A program made the translations under genes and the position numbers. From the human T2T-CHM13v2.0 reference genome, Homo sapiens, in contig CP068257.2 in assembly GCA_009914755.4 (NCBI GenBank), positions 21,248,001-21,312,000 on the forward strand: DNA of 64,000 nt, in the 5' to 3' direction. Positions 14,974 through 33,318 of the stretch are shown here, in pieces. Position 1 is the stretch's first letter; every line of letters starts with the position of its first letter. The notes under the pieces are model-generated. The model saw only the letters and a list, made by a program, of their open reading frames with translations. It did not search any database and had not been told where the DNA came from.

Positions 14974-16740
14974 GTGTCACCAATTTGTATTCATATCTGT
15001 CCTTGAGACTTAATGAGCTTCACAGTGCTGGCATTCCAGATGTTGCCTGTGGTAAAATGTGACAATTACAAAAAAGGCCTTCTTGCTCCACAGTATTACC
15101 TTTAAATCCCACGACAAGTGAAATTAAACCCTTATATACTTTTTTTCCTGTTTGCAAAGGTTTGGGGATAATATGTTTTATACATGACAAAAATATAAAT
15201 ATTTTATATGTCCGTTAATCTTTGGGTAAGGGTAGATACAATTTATTTCTATCACCCTGTTTTGACTTTTGAAACCAAACAAGTTAATTTTAACACCTCT
15301 TCAGCATTTACACCAATGATCCCTCTTGTCTCTCAGCTGCCTCACTGCTTCAATACTGTCACACTGTGGCTGCTTACTTAATGTATAGGAAAGACATACA
15401 GATATTTAAGCAATTTAGAACTGTTTGATTGAATTAAAAAAAATGACACTGTGGCAAACCTAAGCTGATTTGAAACTTCATTCTCAGGTGTGAAGATGAA
15501 CAATTTAAAATTGCTGAACTTTTTATTTGGTCATTTACCAAACTGGTAATAATGCCTGCTTCAAAATGTTGCTATAATTAAGCAACATATTATTTGAGGT
15601 ATATGCAATAAAAATAAATAAAATTCACTTAAATTTTATAAAATATTTTGTTTTATAAATTATAAATGCCAGTAATAGTTCAGTGTGCTATACTTCCTGA
15701 ATGTATCTATTTATTATTAGTTATTAACACAGTGATCTAATAGAACGAAGCAGCAGCAACCACTGTCTTCAGTCCAAAGTCTCGATTAAGTATTTCCTGA
15801 TTCTCTAAATTCCCACTGCCATTGACTAGTATCTGGTTGTCCTTATCTCATGCTATGACTATTTTAATAGATAATCATCCCTATCCATTCTTCTCTATTT
15901 GTTTTTCACTCTTCTACTTTTAACTGAAAAATTAAATTACTGGAGATCATGGACTTGCTAATCACTGAAGGACAAAGGGAGTTCCTGAAATGTCTCTGAG
16001 AACTCATTCTAATTCCATTTTCTGTTACTGCCATGGTTCATGCTTTAGATGATCTATTTGTACTGAATTTCCAGTTTCTCAAACACAAGATTCTGTTACA
16101 AGTATCTGGGTTTAAATTTCATGTTCTTTTTTGTCATCCTAATAAAATACAACCCACTCTTACAGTCCCTACAGACCCGGATTAAACATGGTTTTCCAAC
16201 TTTCTCAGTATGGATTTGTCACACCAATCTTTTTGCATTCATGACATTTGTGATAATACAGTGTAATTACTTGTCATTGTGTCTGATTTCCCCACCAGGA
16301 GCTAATAATACCATAATTTCAGTACAGAGAAAGTGGTCAAGAAGAGAGGAAGGAGGGGAAGAAGGCACAGAGGGAGAGAGAAAGTGAGTGAGACACAGAG
16401 AAAGAAAGAGAAAACACTAAGGTGCTTATTGAAAGTAAATTACATTATTACATTGTAAGCAATAATTTATAAGCTTAAATGATACTAATTAGAATAATAT
16501 TTCACATTACAGCTAACATTTGCTAACTGAACCCAGTCATACACATAAACTAAACTTTCTACTTTGCATATTATGACAACATATCTCTCATTAATTTGAT
16601 ACTCTGTAATGTTATATTCCTAATTAGTCATATAGAATATATACTTTACCTCGTTACGTCCCAGCTCATGTTTAAAAAATAGCCTCATGTTATCATTTCA
16701 TTGGGAAGAGAGATATTTGAAATCATAAGTAGTTGGAATT

Positions 16741-16806
16741 ATTCTATTATTCTATTCTATTCCATTTACTCCATTTCCATTCCACTCCAATCCATTCTAT
16801 TCTATG
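16741..16806. repeat. Pentanucleotide (ATTCY)n satellite-like simple repeat
   Basis: The run attctattattctattctattccatttactccatttccattccactccaatccattctattcta resembles the GAATG/ATTCC satellite III motif. Confidence 0.7.
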
Positions 16807-17528
16807 TGCCTTTAGTTTAGATTTCAAGGGCTTATGAGAAGGTCAGAAAAGTATGTACCAGAGGGTGGTATATTTGAGTTGAAAGAAATCCTAAAGGAGT
16901 GGGAGGTAGGTATTGAAAATAAGCTTCGTGGATTTGTCCTGGTCTGACCAAAGAATATCAAATAGAGATAGTCAAGTAATTTCAGGGTGCTAAGACTTTT
17001 CTACAGTCTTTGTGTAGAAAAATGCAAATACATGTCTGTTGATCAGAAAAAGAAGATGTGAATAAATCAAAGTCATGTCACTTTAATAGGAAAAATTTTA
17101 ACATCTTCAGCTCTACATGCAGAAAAAAACATCATTATTAGTAAGACTCAGAGAGAAAATGGAAGAAAGGAAGGTTGAGAATATATGTGTGGATAATTTT
17201 ATTTTAATTAAAAGTCATACACAGGTCCCTTTTATGTACAGGATATATTACCGTTTTCTTGTCTGTGACATTTGTGTTAAATGACATGGGTGAGTGGTAA
17301 CAACTATGGAGGGTGTTTAAGTCTCTGAATAAAGTTGACATTAAATTCCACTGGCTACTAGATATGACTGCAAAGTAAGAAGACAGCATTTCATGTCTAG
17401 TTTGTGAAATTCATATCATTGTATTTCAGTATTAAAGTTTATATAATGACACACATCTGTGTTTTATCTTTCACACTTCCACTGTTGTTATATTTTATTC
17501 CCTCTTAAAATAACAACACTGTTACTAA

Positions 17529-17826
<298 letters not shown>

Positions 17827-17902
17827 TCCGTAGAACACTTACAAAATCAACATGGATATGCATTGGGTCAAAAAGTCAATGATTTCCTTTTTTAAAAAAG
17901 AG

Positions 17903-18610
17903 CCATCTCACACCAGTTAGAATGGCAATCATTAAAAAGTCAGGAAACAACAGGTGCTGGAGAGGATGTGGAGAAATAGGAACACTTTTACACTGCTGGT
18001 GGGACTGTAAACTAGTTCAACTATTGTGGAAGTCAGTGTGGTGATTCCTCAGGGATCTAGAACTAGAAATACCATTTGACCCAGCCATCCCATTACTGGG
18101 TATATATCCAAAGGACTGTAAATCATGCTGCTATAAAGACACATGCACACGTATGTTTATTGGGGCACTATTCACAATAGCAAAGACTTGGAACCAACCC
18201 AAATGCCCAACAATGATAGACTGGATTAAGAAAATGTGGCACATATACACCATAGAATACTATGCAGCCATAAAAATGATGAGTTCATGTCCTTTGTAGG
18301 GACATGGATGAAATTGGAAATCATCATTCTCAGTAAACTATCACAAGGACAAAAAACCAAACACCGCAAGTTCTCACTCATAGATGGGAATTGAACAATG
18401 AGAACACGTGGACACAGGAAGGGGAACATCACACTCTGGGGACTGTTGTGGGGTCAGGGGAAGGGGGAGGGATAGCATTAGGAGATATACCTAATGCTAA
18501 ATGTCGAGTTAATGGGTGCAGCACACCAGCATGGCACATGTATACATATGTAATTAACCTGCACATTGTGCACATGTACCCTAAAACTTAAAGTATAATA
18601 ATAAAAAAAA
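17903..18610 (+). mobile_element. LINE-1 3' fragment of about 0.7 kb (ORF2 C-terminus plus 3'UTR, young L1PA2-4-like) with poly-A
   Basis: Sequence runs ccatctcacaccagttagaatggcaatcattaaaaagtcaggaaacaacaggtgctggagaggatgtggagaaatagg ... actctggggactgttgtggggtcaggggaagggggagggatagcattaggagatatacctaatgc ... cacatgtaccctaaaacttaaagtataataataaaaaaaa. Confidence 0.93.
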
Positions 18611-21600
18611 GGGTGCTTAAAGGATATAGTGTCTCATTGAGTAATCAAATTAGGAATAAGCAATATTTATGTGTTCAAAAACCCAAAGATGATTGGAAAA
18701 AAGCAATACTTAAAAAAAACCCTTGAATCATATATTTGATTACTAAATTGGCTATTACTGTCTACAAAATTAAAGAAAGAGAACACTTTACACTAACCTT
18801 TATAGGGGACTACAAAAGTTGTATTTCCATGAAAATTTAATATTCATGATAGACATACGTTATAGCATTTCTAAGTCATAAAAGGCTATTGAAGGGATGT
18901 CTTTAAAAAGAATTTTTTAGAAGGATAGCAATAAAAAAAAGAAAGAGGATATTTATCATAACATTAGAAATGAAAAGACAAAAAATAAAAAAAAATTATA
19001 AAGTAAAAATATATCCAAAACCCATGCCTTAAAAAGACTATGCAGGGGATTTTTCTCGTTAAGTAAAATGAAGAATAAAAATAGATAAATGGGAAATATC
19101 AAAGGAACCGTAAGTAGAACATATTATTAGAATAATAAAATATAATACATTAAATTATGGCTGAAATATATAAATACCTTGAGGAAAACACTTACAAATA
19201 GCTCATTTAAAATGATCAACATTCCACCTTAATAAAAGTAAAACCTGAATGAACTAATTACCATAGATGTGATTAGAAATATGTTTAGAGAGGTATCACC
19301 GAAAATGAACGCCACAGGTTAGATTTATCTAATATTAATAGAACATATAAGCAAGGATATTTAGCTGTATTAAAAATATGTTCATGTTTTTAATACTTCT
19401 AGGCATTAAAAACATTAAAACATTTTAATACAGTTTTATCATTCTATAACAAGTTTAATACAAAAACTAAATAAAAATTTTCAAAAAGAAAATATAGATC
19501 AATTGTGTATATATATAAATAAAAATTTTAGTAAAGTCTACAGAAACTTCAAAAGAATAACACTTTATGAGCAAGTTTGGCTGCTCAGTTGTAAAAAAAT
19601 TCTCAATAAATTTAATTCCATTAATAAATTAATACGCAAATATATCTCATTAAATATCAATGTTCCCTGTATTAACCTACACAGTTCATATAATTTCAGT
19701 TAGAATGTGAAAAAGAAAACTTATAAAAATTGTCAAAACTTTTATTTTTAATTTTTAGATCTAGAAAACATGAAAATGCAAAGAAAATGAAGGGAAGATT
19801 GATCCCTGACACCAGGAAGTAGAAAAAGATGATGTTAATAACATTAGTATAGTATTAGAAACATAAATGAAAATATTAAAAAACTTAAGTAATCTAAAAG
19901 TAGAGTTAAGTTTATATCAGCTGAGAATATGTATAATTGGTAATTCCACTTAATTTTAAAAGGATGAATTATTTAATTAACTGAATATTTACCCTGATAT
20001 AAACAGAGCATACAGATATTTATATTAAAATACTTTCAAAGGTTGGCAATTAAATACAAAATACAGAGTAAACATATTACAAAGTACCTAGGAGATTATA
20101 TCTTTAGACAGATCATGGGGGTTGGAGACAAATTTCTAAACAGAATGCTATCAAGTAAAAGCACAAAAAAGAATAAAGTCTCCTGGCACAAAACAAAATA
20201 AAAAACCAATACAAACCCTACCAAATTAAATAGATAAATGTTAATTCAGGAAAAATGTACATTTTTTCCGAAATATAATTATTTTTATTGAAAACGAAAA
20301 GGTCAGCACTTCAGAACAAAAATAGCCACATAAAATGAGTAGAAAATGACTTAGGAGCCTGTGAAAAATGCTAAAATATTTGGTTCTAGAAAGATGGATA
20401 TTAACGTGACTGTGAGATGATACTTTACACCTAGCAGAAAGGCAAAACATTTGAAAACTTATAATTCATTCCTGGCAGGTATCTAGGAAACCTGTATTTT
20501 TTTACATTGCTAGTGTAAAATAGTAATTCATGAGTTTAATGTGGGCAATCTAGCAACATACTTTTACATTAATAAATGCAATTTTGATCCTTTGAATCTT
20601 CCTTACTAGATAAGATGTAGAAAAATGTTCAAAGATGCTTATTAAAGCATTTTTTACAGTGGATGAGAATAAGAATTTAAATAAATGCTTATTAGTAGGA
20701 GAATGTCATAATAAAAGTGTTATATCACACACTCTCTAAAAAGAAAAATTTAAGTAATACCTGATAATGTGGAGGGATTTTTAAATAAGATAGAGTTGAG
20801 TAGGAAAAGCAAGATGCAGAAAATATGTACAATAGTATCCTGCTTTTTAAGACAATAATAATCTCTACAATGAAAAATATTTATGTTTATATGCAGACAT
20901 ATATGTACATACATATAAATATGTCAAAGGGCACATATCCCTTGTTTGTTTGGGTGATGATCATGGATAATGGTAATGATGGAGGGAGGAAACAGGTAAT
21001 TACAAGAAATATCAACTTTATTATATTATCCCAATTACGTATATAACAAGATATTTGAAAATAAATGGTCATTAAAATGTTTACACGCTTACCTCAAAGT
21101 GTTGGGATATGAGTTGATCTTTACACAACACATTTCCTGTGTCATTTAGAATTTGAAAAATGAAAAATAATGGTAAAAATATTTTAAAATTGTCTTTGAG
21201 ATATATATTTATATACACATATGCATGACATATTAGTATTTTTATTTCAATATGAGAAGCCTATTAAACTTTTGTGATATATACCAAACTAACAATCACT
21301 ACTGATTCCTTCTTAAGTAATTTAAGAAAAAGCCTTTATTTAAAAATTCCATTGAAAAATCATCTGTAAATATTTGGAAGAAATGTCACAGGCAATCATT
21401 TGATTTGCTTATGGTGTTTGTCCTTCTGTGCAAAAAAATATTGACTATCCCATGTGAGACACAGAAAAGGTTGTGGGGCCATGTTTTTCATTTCTTCCAG
21501 CAGGAAACTTTTCTAGGGAAAAGTAAACACTAAGTTGACAATGACACGATTTGTACAGTACATGAAAAAATCTACGACTTTCAAATATGTGTGTCATTCA

Positions 21601-24600
21601 ATGTTTTCACTAAATATTGGTAGAAGATGCTGTAATCTAGGACATTGTAAACCAAATTATTCTTACAGTTTAGAAGTTGATTTTTCAGAAATTCTGCAAA
21701 TTAGATTTTCATTATCTTAAATTATCTAATCACCTTATGGAGTAGAAGTGAGGAATTCTTGTGGAATTGTTTCCTGTCAATATGTATTATCATTGTCATT
21801 TGTTCATTATTATTTTTGGAATGAGGTACTCAATTTACCTTCCATTGAACTTCAGGCGCTATCTAAACTTTTTATTAGAAGGGAAGCATAATGCCTGAAA
21901 ACACTTTTGATATCATGATCTTGAGAACATTCAATGTAACACAGTCATCAGTTCTCAGAGACATAATTAAGAGTCAACCATTGGATTTCTGGTAAAGAAG
22001 AAACAACTTATTCACTTCATCTTCCTAAAGTATCTCACATTATTCTAGAAAACCAAGATTAATAAACTTATTCTTGCAACATAGAAAGTTAAATTTCCTA
22101 TATATATATATAAAATTTACCTTTAGTAATTGACATTTGAATAGTAACATATATTTCACCAAAATTACAGAAAAAATAAATATTTCCTCTGGAGACTTTA
22201 AATGTTAAATTTTAAATGTAAAAATTTGTCATGCTACTAATGAAAGCAAATAAGCCAAAACTGTACTCACATAAGGAAAGTTACAATATGCTCTGTGATA
22301 TAATTTATATCATTCTAATATAAGTGCTTATAAACTAGTAAGTTTTAAATACATTTTAAGTTAACTCTATTTTACCTTAAATTTGAATATGTGCAATTCA
22401 TATGGCAAGTATAAATATCAAATAGTTTAAATAACTGAATATATTTAGGTCTTCCCACTGTTGAATTTATTATAATATAAAATTTGTAAGTTAATTAAAC
22501 CATTTATTTTCCAAGCATAGATTTTTCTTCATAAATACATGCATATTATATGTATTCTCTAAATTCACATGTTAATATTTAGCCACCTCAAATTACCATT
22601 CTAAAAGTAATGATTTTTAAAAAAATCATTATTCAGTTACATTTATTAGTTAAATATATAATTAGACTTAGTTTTCTACCTAATATTTCTTCCACTCTAG
22701 TTTGGAAAAAATTTGCTTTAGCAAATAATTATCTAACTAGAAAAAAATAACATTCACTGGTATATCAGTATTGCCATTTTATAGTGGATCATGTTGATTG
22801 AGGATTCAGTTTAGCATTTTTCTTGGTACCATTCTGCTGAAGTTCCTAAAAATATCTTGGTAGCTGTTTTCTTGTTCATTCATGGAATTAGAACATTGGA
22901 ATTTGCCTAAGAAAGCTTCTCATAATCACAAAGTTTGGAGTTATGAATTATTTAGTTTTAATTAATCCATTCAACTTACCTGAATGTTCAGTCACATAAT
23001 TAGAATGTAATATTAACTATAGCTTAAGAAATATTTCTAAGAAGGTTTCAACAATGGAACACATTACTAGCTCTGCAGGAACAACAGGATTATTAATCGC
23101 TGGCAGGCCAGATGTAAATTGTCATTTTTAAAAAGAATTGTGGAGAAAAAAGACATAAATTCATTCAAATCCTCTTGCCTACGTTTTCTGCTTTGTGCCT
23201 GATTGCTTAGGAACCACAACTTCATAGAACTACAAATTGTAACAGCATATATATTTTTGTTAAATTCTCTCATTCCTTTGTCTCTCCAGATTCAAAAACT
23301 TATAATGGTTAAAGGAATAATGACAATACTATTACTACTAATAAAAATAACAATGATAATAATAATTGCTGCCAGTTAATGAGAACCTACTGTGAAACTG
23401 TAACTCTAATAGTTGTCATATTTTTACTCTTATAGTTTTTTTTATTTTTACTTTAATAGAGCAATGCTACAAAGTGATTTAATATTACACATATAGATAA
23501 GCAGATGGTGACTCTCCAATGTACTATCCTAGTGGGGCCAGTTTTTGAGTCCAGTTGAAAACTGTATATTTGATACAATATATGGCTTTAGGAAAAGAGT
23601 ATAATCTTTCAAAAATAAATAATGCCTCTGTAACACTTGGTAGAATTTCTAGCACCTAATAAAAACTAGGAACACTCATCACAATTTAGTTTATTAATGG
23701 TAGTTTAGTGACTTTTGCCATATTTCAGTTGAGTGAGATCAGTATCTTTTTTGTAAAGTCATAAAGAATTTAAGCCAGGACAACAGTTTGGTCTTTAATT
23801 GTAAAGACTATTTCCTGCCATGAAAGTGAGGCCTTGGTTAATTTTCTTTCACTAATGTACCTACTCTTTTATTTCATCAGAATTTATAGAGGAAAAATGA
23901 AGTTTTATATTGCAGTTATATCAAATAAGGGATTTCAGTTCATATGTGGATGCAAGGATCATAACTTACTATTTTAGGACCCTATTTCTGTTTATATAAC
24001 AGAAGAAATGAGCACAACTAAAAGTGTTTGAAACCACACATTGCCGTGACTAAAAGAAATATATCATTTGAAAAAATAATAAATCAATGTTTACACTGAA
24101 GATTTTATATTTGCTAACTTAAAGAAGATCCTAAATATTGATGATGGGCTGATTGGGCTTCAATATACAAACTTCAACATATTGGGCTTCAACATATAAA
24201 TTAAATTGCCTAAGAACTCAAAGGACCTTGTCATACAATTCAGGTGTTTTTCAAACACTATATACTTTCGTACAATAATCCATTACTCAAAAGAAGACAA
24301 TTGACACAAAAGCAATGTAAACAAATAAAAATAGAACAATGATTTCAAAGAAGGGGTAGAGCCTCATCTATCAGCACATATTTATTCTTGGATCCAGAAA
24401 ACAATTTGCCAATATCAGAACTAAAGAAGTATCCTCATTTGATAGCTTAGGAAATTGAAGTGCAGAAAATTTGAATGACTTTTTGCTGCTCCAAAAACCA
24501 ACCTGAAACAGATCTGTAATTAACCATAGGACTCCTGGACCCTGGTTCTGTCCTCTTCTAACGTGCATATTTTGTCACTCAGACATGTATCTTCTGTGTT

Positions 24601-25482
24601 CTCTTGATAAAATTATATTTCAGCAAAAGGCTGTTTTATAAAAATCATTTTACTAAAACCTAAAGGCAAATAAAACGTGAGGGGTGGGACATAGCAGTGT
24701 GGATGTAGCTAGCAAATACAATTGGAAAAGATTATTATTTTGCTAAAGTCGACTGACGTTAATAAATAAGAAAAGAAAAAGTCCATAAGATCTTATTCAT
24801 TATTGTTCCAGCAGGACACTGAGACATGAATGTTGAAAACACATTTTAATTAACAAGAATGAGCTGAGTTAAGGGAAGCCTCAGGGATACTGAACAAACA
24901 CTCAAGCCTTAGCAAATAGAAAAGTATTAACATCTTTGGGCCTGATGAACAAGAAAAGGGAATATAATTGTTGGAGCTTAATTGAGAGCTGCAACATTGG
25001 AGAGATGGATCAATGGGACTGGTGCTTCTAGAAGACATAGCCATTAACAGAACCATGCAGAGCCCACCAGTAATCACTGGCATCCTTTCCTGCCAAGGAA
25101 TTCAGGATGACTTTCATAAATATATTGTAACTGATGAAGTGTTGGTAAAAGAACAAGTAGCTATATTCTTTGGCAAGATATGTGCAGCTACTCCACGCTG
25201 CACACTAATATGAGTCTATGTTTTAACAATTAATCAAGATAATGAAAGTATGGAATCTTTATCGGAATAACATAACCAATTCAAAATGCTCGTTTGACTA
25301 TAATCTCTATAAATAAAAGGACTAAAAACATGAGCAGACAATCCAGATATATTACAATTAGTAAACCAAAACAGCTGGAGAAGTACTACACCTGACTAAT
25401 GTTTGTTAAAACAAAAACAACTGCTTATTATTAAAAAAAAGTCAAAGTTAAATAACCTGTTTGATCACTATCTTAGCTCATT

Positions 25483-25806
25483 AAGGCTGCTATAACAAAA
25501 ATACCACAAACTGGGTAGCTTAAACAACAAATACTTATTTCTCACGTTCAGGAAGCTACAAAGTGCCCACAGATTTATGTTTGATGAAGGCCCATTTCCT
25601 TTCATAGACTGTTGTCATATAGCAGAAGAGGGGGCTAGGCAGCTCTCTGGGGGGTCTCTGATAAGGGCACTAAACCCATTCAAGCAGGCTCAACTCTCAT
25701 GACTTAATTACTTCCCAAGGGTCCTACCTTCTAAATCATCACACTGAATGTTAGGAATTCAACATACGAATTGGAGGGGGAACACAACTTTCAGTTCCTA
25801 ACAATC
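25483..25806 (+). mobile_element. MaLR solo LTR, MLT1-like
   Basis: Sequence runs ggctgctataacaaaaataccacaaactgggtagcttaaacaacaaatacttatttctcacgttcagg ... ctctctggggggtctctgataagggcactaaacccattcaagcaggctcaactctcatgacttaattacttcccaagggtcctaccttctaaatcatcacactgaatgttaggaattcaacatacgaattggagggggaacacaa. These blocks match the recalled MLT1 consensus. Confidence 0.65.
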
Positions 25807-28020
25807 ACACAATGAGATAACTATTAACATAGTCTATACTATAATACTGGAAATTAACATATATAATGTTAACAATAATCATAATCTAGTGGTAGAAGTG
25901 CATTTATCTATTTCTTCCATTTTTCTTTCCTGTCTAAAGTTTTAATAATCAACACAAATATTATTTATAATGGAAAAATTTTGAATAGGTGAAGTTTCAT
26001 GGAGTTATGAAAATATATACTAGACAATAGATTAAATCATCAGCACAATATAATATTAGGTTGATGCAAAAGTAATTGTGGGTCTTGTCAATGAAAGTAA
26101 CAGCAAAAACCACAATTATGTTTGCACCAACCTTTAAATTAAATGAAAAGATGTGTAATAATCAGAGGGTTTTACACATTGAGTTCTCTCAAATGTATAT
26201 ACTGCAATTGATTAAATTTTGTATATCAGTACAAATCTAATATGATCCTGTAATCCACCTAAATCCTTGAAATTCATATTACTATGTTATCCTAAAATAT
26301 AAATGTTGCCCAATTTAAAGATCTTACCTCCTAAAAATGTTATGATAATTTATATGGCTAAAATACTATTTTGTTTTCAATAGTATTACATGTTGACTTA
26401 TAAACAATCAAAATCAAACTGAATAATTATGATTTAATGTACTTTAATAACTTTCATATATTCATACACCATAACATATACCATACCAATTAGTCAATAG
26501 CTGAGGTGGTGAGGATCTGAATTACTCCTCACTACCCTAACAAAATTGACCAACCTAAATCACCCCACTACCAAGCAACTAGAGTTCATGCATAGCACAG
26601 CAATGATTAATTAATAATATCTAGAGAAACATTATTGTGTTACTTAGTACTAGCAAAGTTGAATCATAAAGGAGGTAATTGGCAAATATATTACTTACAC
26701 CTAATTTTTTAGACCCAAATACCCTACACAGATAATTCAACTATTGCTGAAAATTAGCTAAAAGTCAACATGCATTTTACAGTAAACACAATTACAAGAT
26801 GCTAAAACTATTGTTTATAAAAATAAACAAAAATATTGTATATGACATAAAACACTTAGACATTTTATATTACAAACCAGAAATAAAACCAGAATTGTTT
26901 TCAGTTGTTTAAGCCTCCATGCTAATCTAATTAATTTACCAATTACAACAAAAACCATTGTAGGTAGACTTTTCGTGTAAGATTGAAATATAAAGATTAA
27001 GATAATAGCAATGATAAAAAAATTTCATTCTGCATGCTTAATTTTCATTATGTTATTTGATTCTGGAACTAATTTAGCAAGATATGTACTCTGTTTGTTT
27101 TTTTAATGTGAGAAAACTGAAGGTCAGAAATATTCTGTTAGAACTGTATTGCTTGTAGAAACACTAAGCCACTTCCATGCCAATTACTAAATAACTGGGG
27201 TTGTGAACTTCTTAATTTCTCCCCATTACCTTAACAAAATTGACCTGCCTGAATCTCCCTACAACTAAGCAACTAGAGCTCATGCACTTCACAGCAAGGC
27301 CTCTTCAACCTCTGCTCAGCACTATCATCAAAAGTTCTCAGTAGCAGAGCCTTGTGTCTCACCAACAGGTAGATACTGTACTTTCAGCATCAATTCTGCT
27401 AGATTTGGAGGTCTGAAACCAAAATAGTTTTATCATATAGAAGGTACTCAACATATCTTGAGATAAATTGAGTTTTCAGGTTTATTTCAGAAATGTTTAC
27501 TATTTAATATGATAAAGTTAATCAATACATAGGAAGCATACTAAGGATAAAATAAGGAAGCCTTGTTCTGTTCTCTGGCAGATTATAATGACAGTCCTAA
27601 TGAAATGGTAGATATCAAACTGCATTTTTATTAAAGTTATTGTTATTAGATAACATTGGAAACTTCTCCCTGAATATATATATCAAAATAAAGTTACTAG
27701 GAATGAGTAAGTTAACTGAATCTTTCTGTTTTGTTTCAGGAATAAGATAGGATAAAAAGCACACAGTGAACACTTGTGTATGAAAAGCATGCAAAAGCAT
27801 CCTTGAGTGAAATATTATTTTACAATATATTATTTCACACCAATTTCATTATTTTTTTAAAAATTCTGCAACTACTGCACACTTGATAGAGGTTTTAATT
27901 TTTAATGTAATTAATAAAATAAAAATATTTAATGGTATAATTAGTAGGAAACTTGGAGATTGCCAACCCAACTATTAGCTTGGTGCGGGTTTTCTGATTA
28001 ATAGTTATCTCATTAAGAAT

Positions 28021-28087
28021 GAAAGGAAGAAGGAAAGAAGGAGAGAAAGAAGTAAGAATACATGAAAGAAAAAGGAAGGAAGGAATG
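28021..28087. repeat. Purine-rich (GAAR)n simple repeat
   Basis: The run gaaaggaagaaggaaagaaggagagaaagaagtaagaata...ggaaggaaggaa is directly visible. Confidence 0.85.
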
Positions 28088-28358
28088 TTTAATGAGTACA
28101 AAAAATGGTTATAAAAAATGTATGAAACCTACTATATCATAGCACAATAGGGTGACTGTAGTTAATAATAAATGAATTGTATACTTTTAAATAACTTAAA
28201 GACTGTAATTGGATTGTTTGTACCTCAAAGGATAAATGCTTGAGGAAATGGATGCTCTCCCCATCCAAAAAAAGAATGTTAGATATAAAATTATATGCCC
28301 AAGCAAACAAATAACCTTTTAAAATGTTGCTCTATAAAAAAGATATTTCAGCAATTAA

Positions 28359-28460
28359 AAAAGAAAGGAAGGAAAGACAAAGAAAAACAAGAAAGAAAGT
28401 AAAGAAATGAAAAAAGGAGAAAAAAGAAAAGAAAGAAAGAAAAGGAATTAAGAAACTAAG
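28359..28460. repeat. Purine-rich (GAAA/GGAA)n simple repeat abutting the L1 5' junction
   Basis: The run aaaagaaaggaaggaaagacaaagaaaaacaagaaagaaagtaaagaaatgaaaaaaggagaaaaaagaaaagaaagaaagaaaagg is directly visible. Confidence 0.85.
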
Positions 28461-28469
28461 AGATTTGCG

Positions 28470-32688
<4,219 letters not shown>

Positions 32689-32893
32689 AAATAAACTGAG
32701 AAATCAGACCCACAGATTTTAAGTGATTCAGACATACAAAAGCCCTTATCAATGAGACTGCTAAGAAGTTGAGTACCTCTCGTATGCCTGGCGCATGTTC
32801 TTTCAATTACTCAAATTTACTTTATAATATATGATAATCTTTGGTTTCTCATTACTCAAACATGTCTTCAGTCAGTTTAAAAATACTTGTTTG

Positions 32894-33318
<425 letters not shown>

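Noticed and set aside
24850-25213. Region with ORFs on both strands (77 aa and 66 aa) as a possible exon or processed pseudogene
   Set aside because: There is no recognisable protein similarity and no splice sites, and the region is followed immediately by an MLT1 LTR. It is most likely non-coding unique sequence.
28359-28460. GA-rich tract as part of the L1 5' end
   Set aside because: No L1 ORF1 sequence resembles it, and the L1 colinearity starts at about 28470. It is a separate purine-rich simple repeat, with a similar one at 28021-28087.
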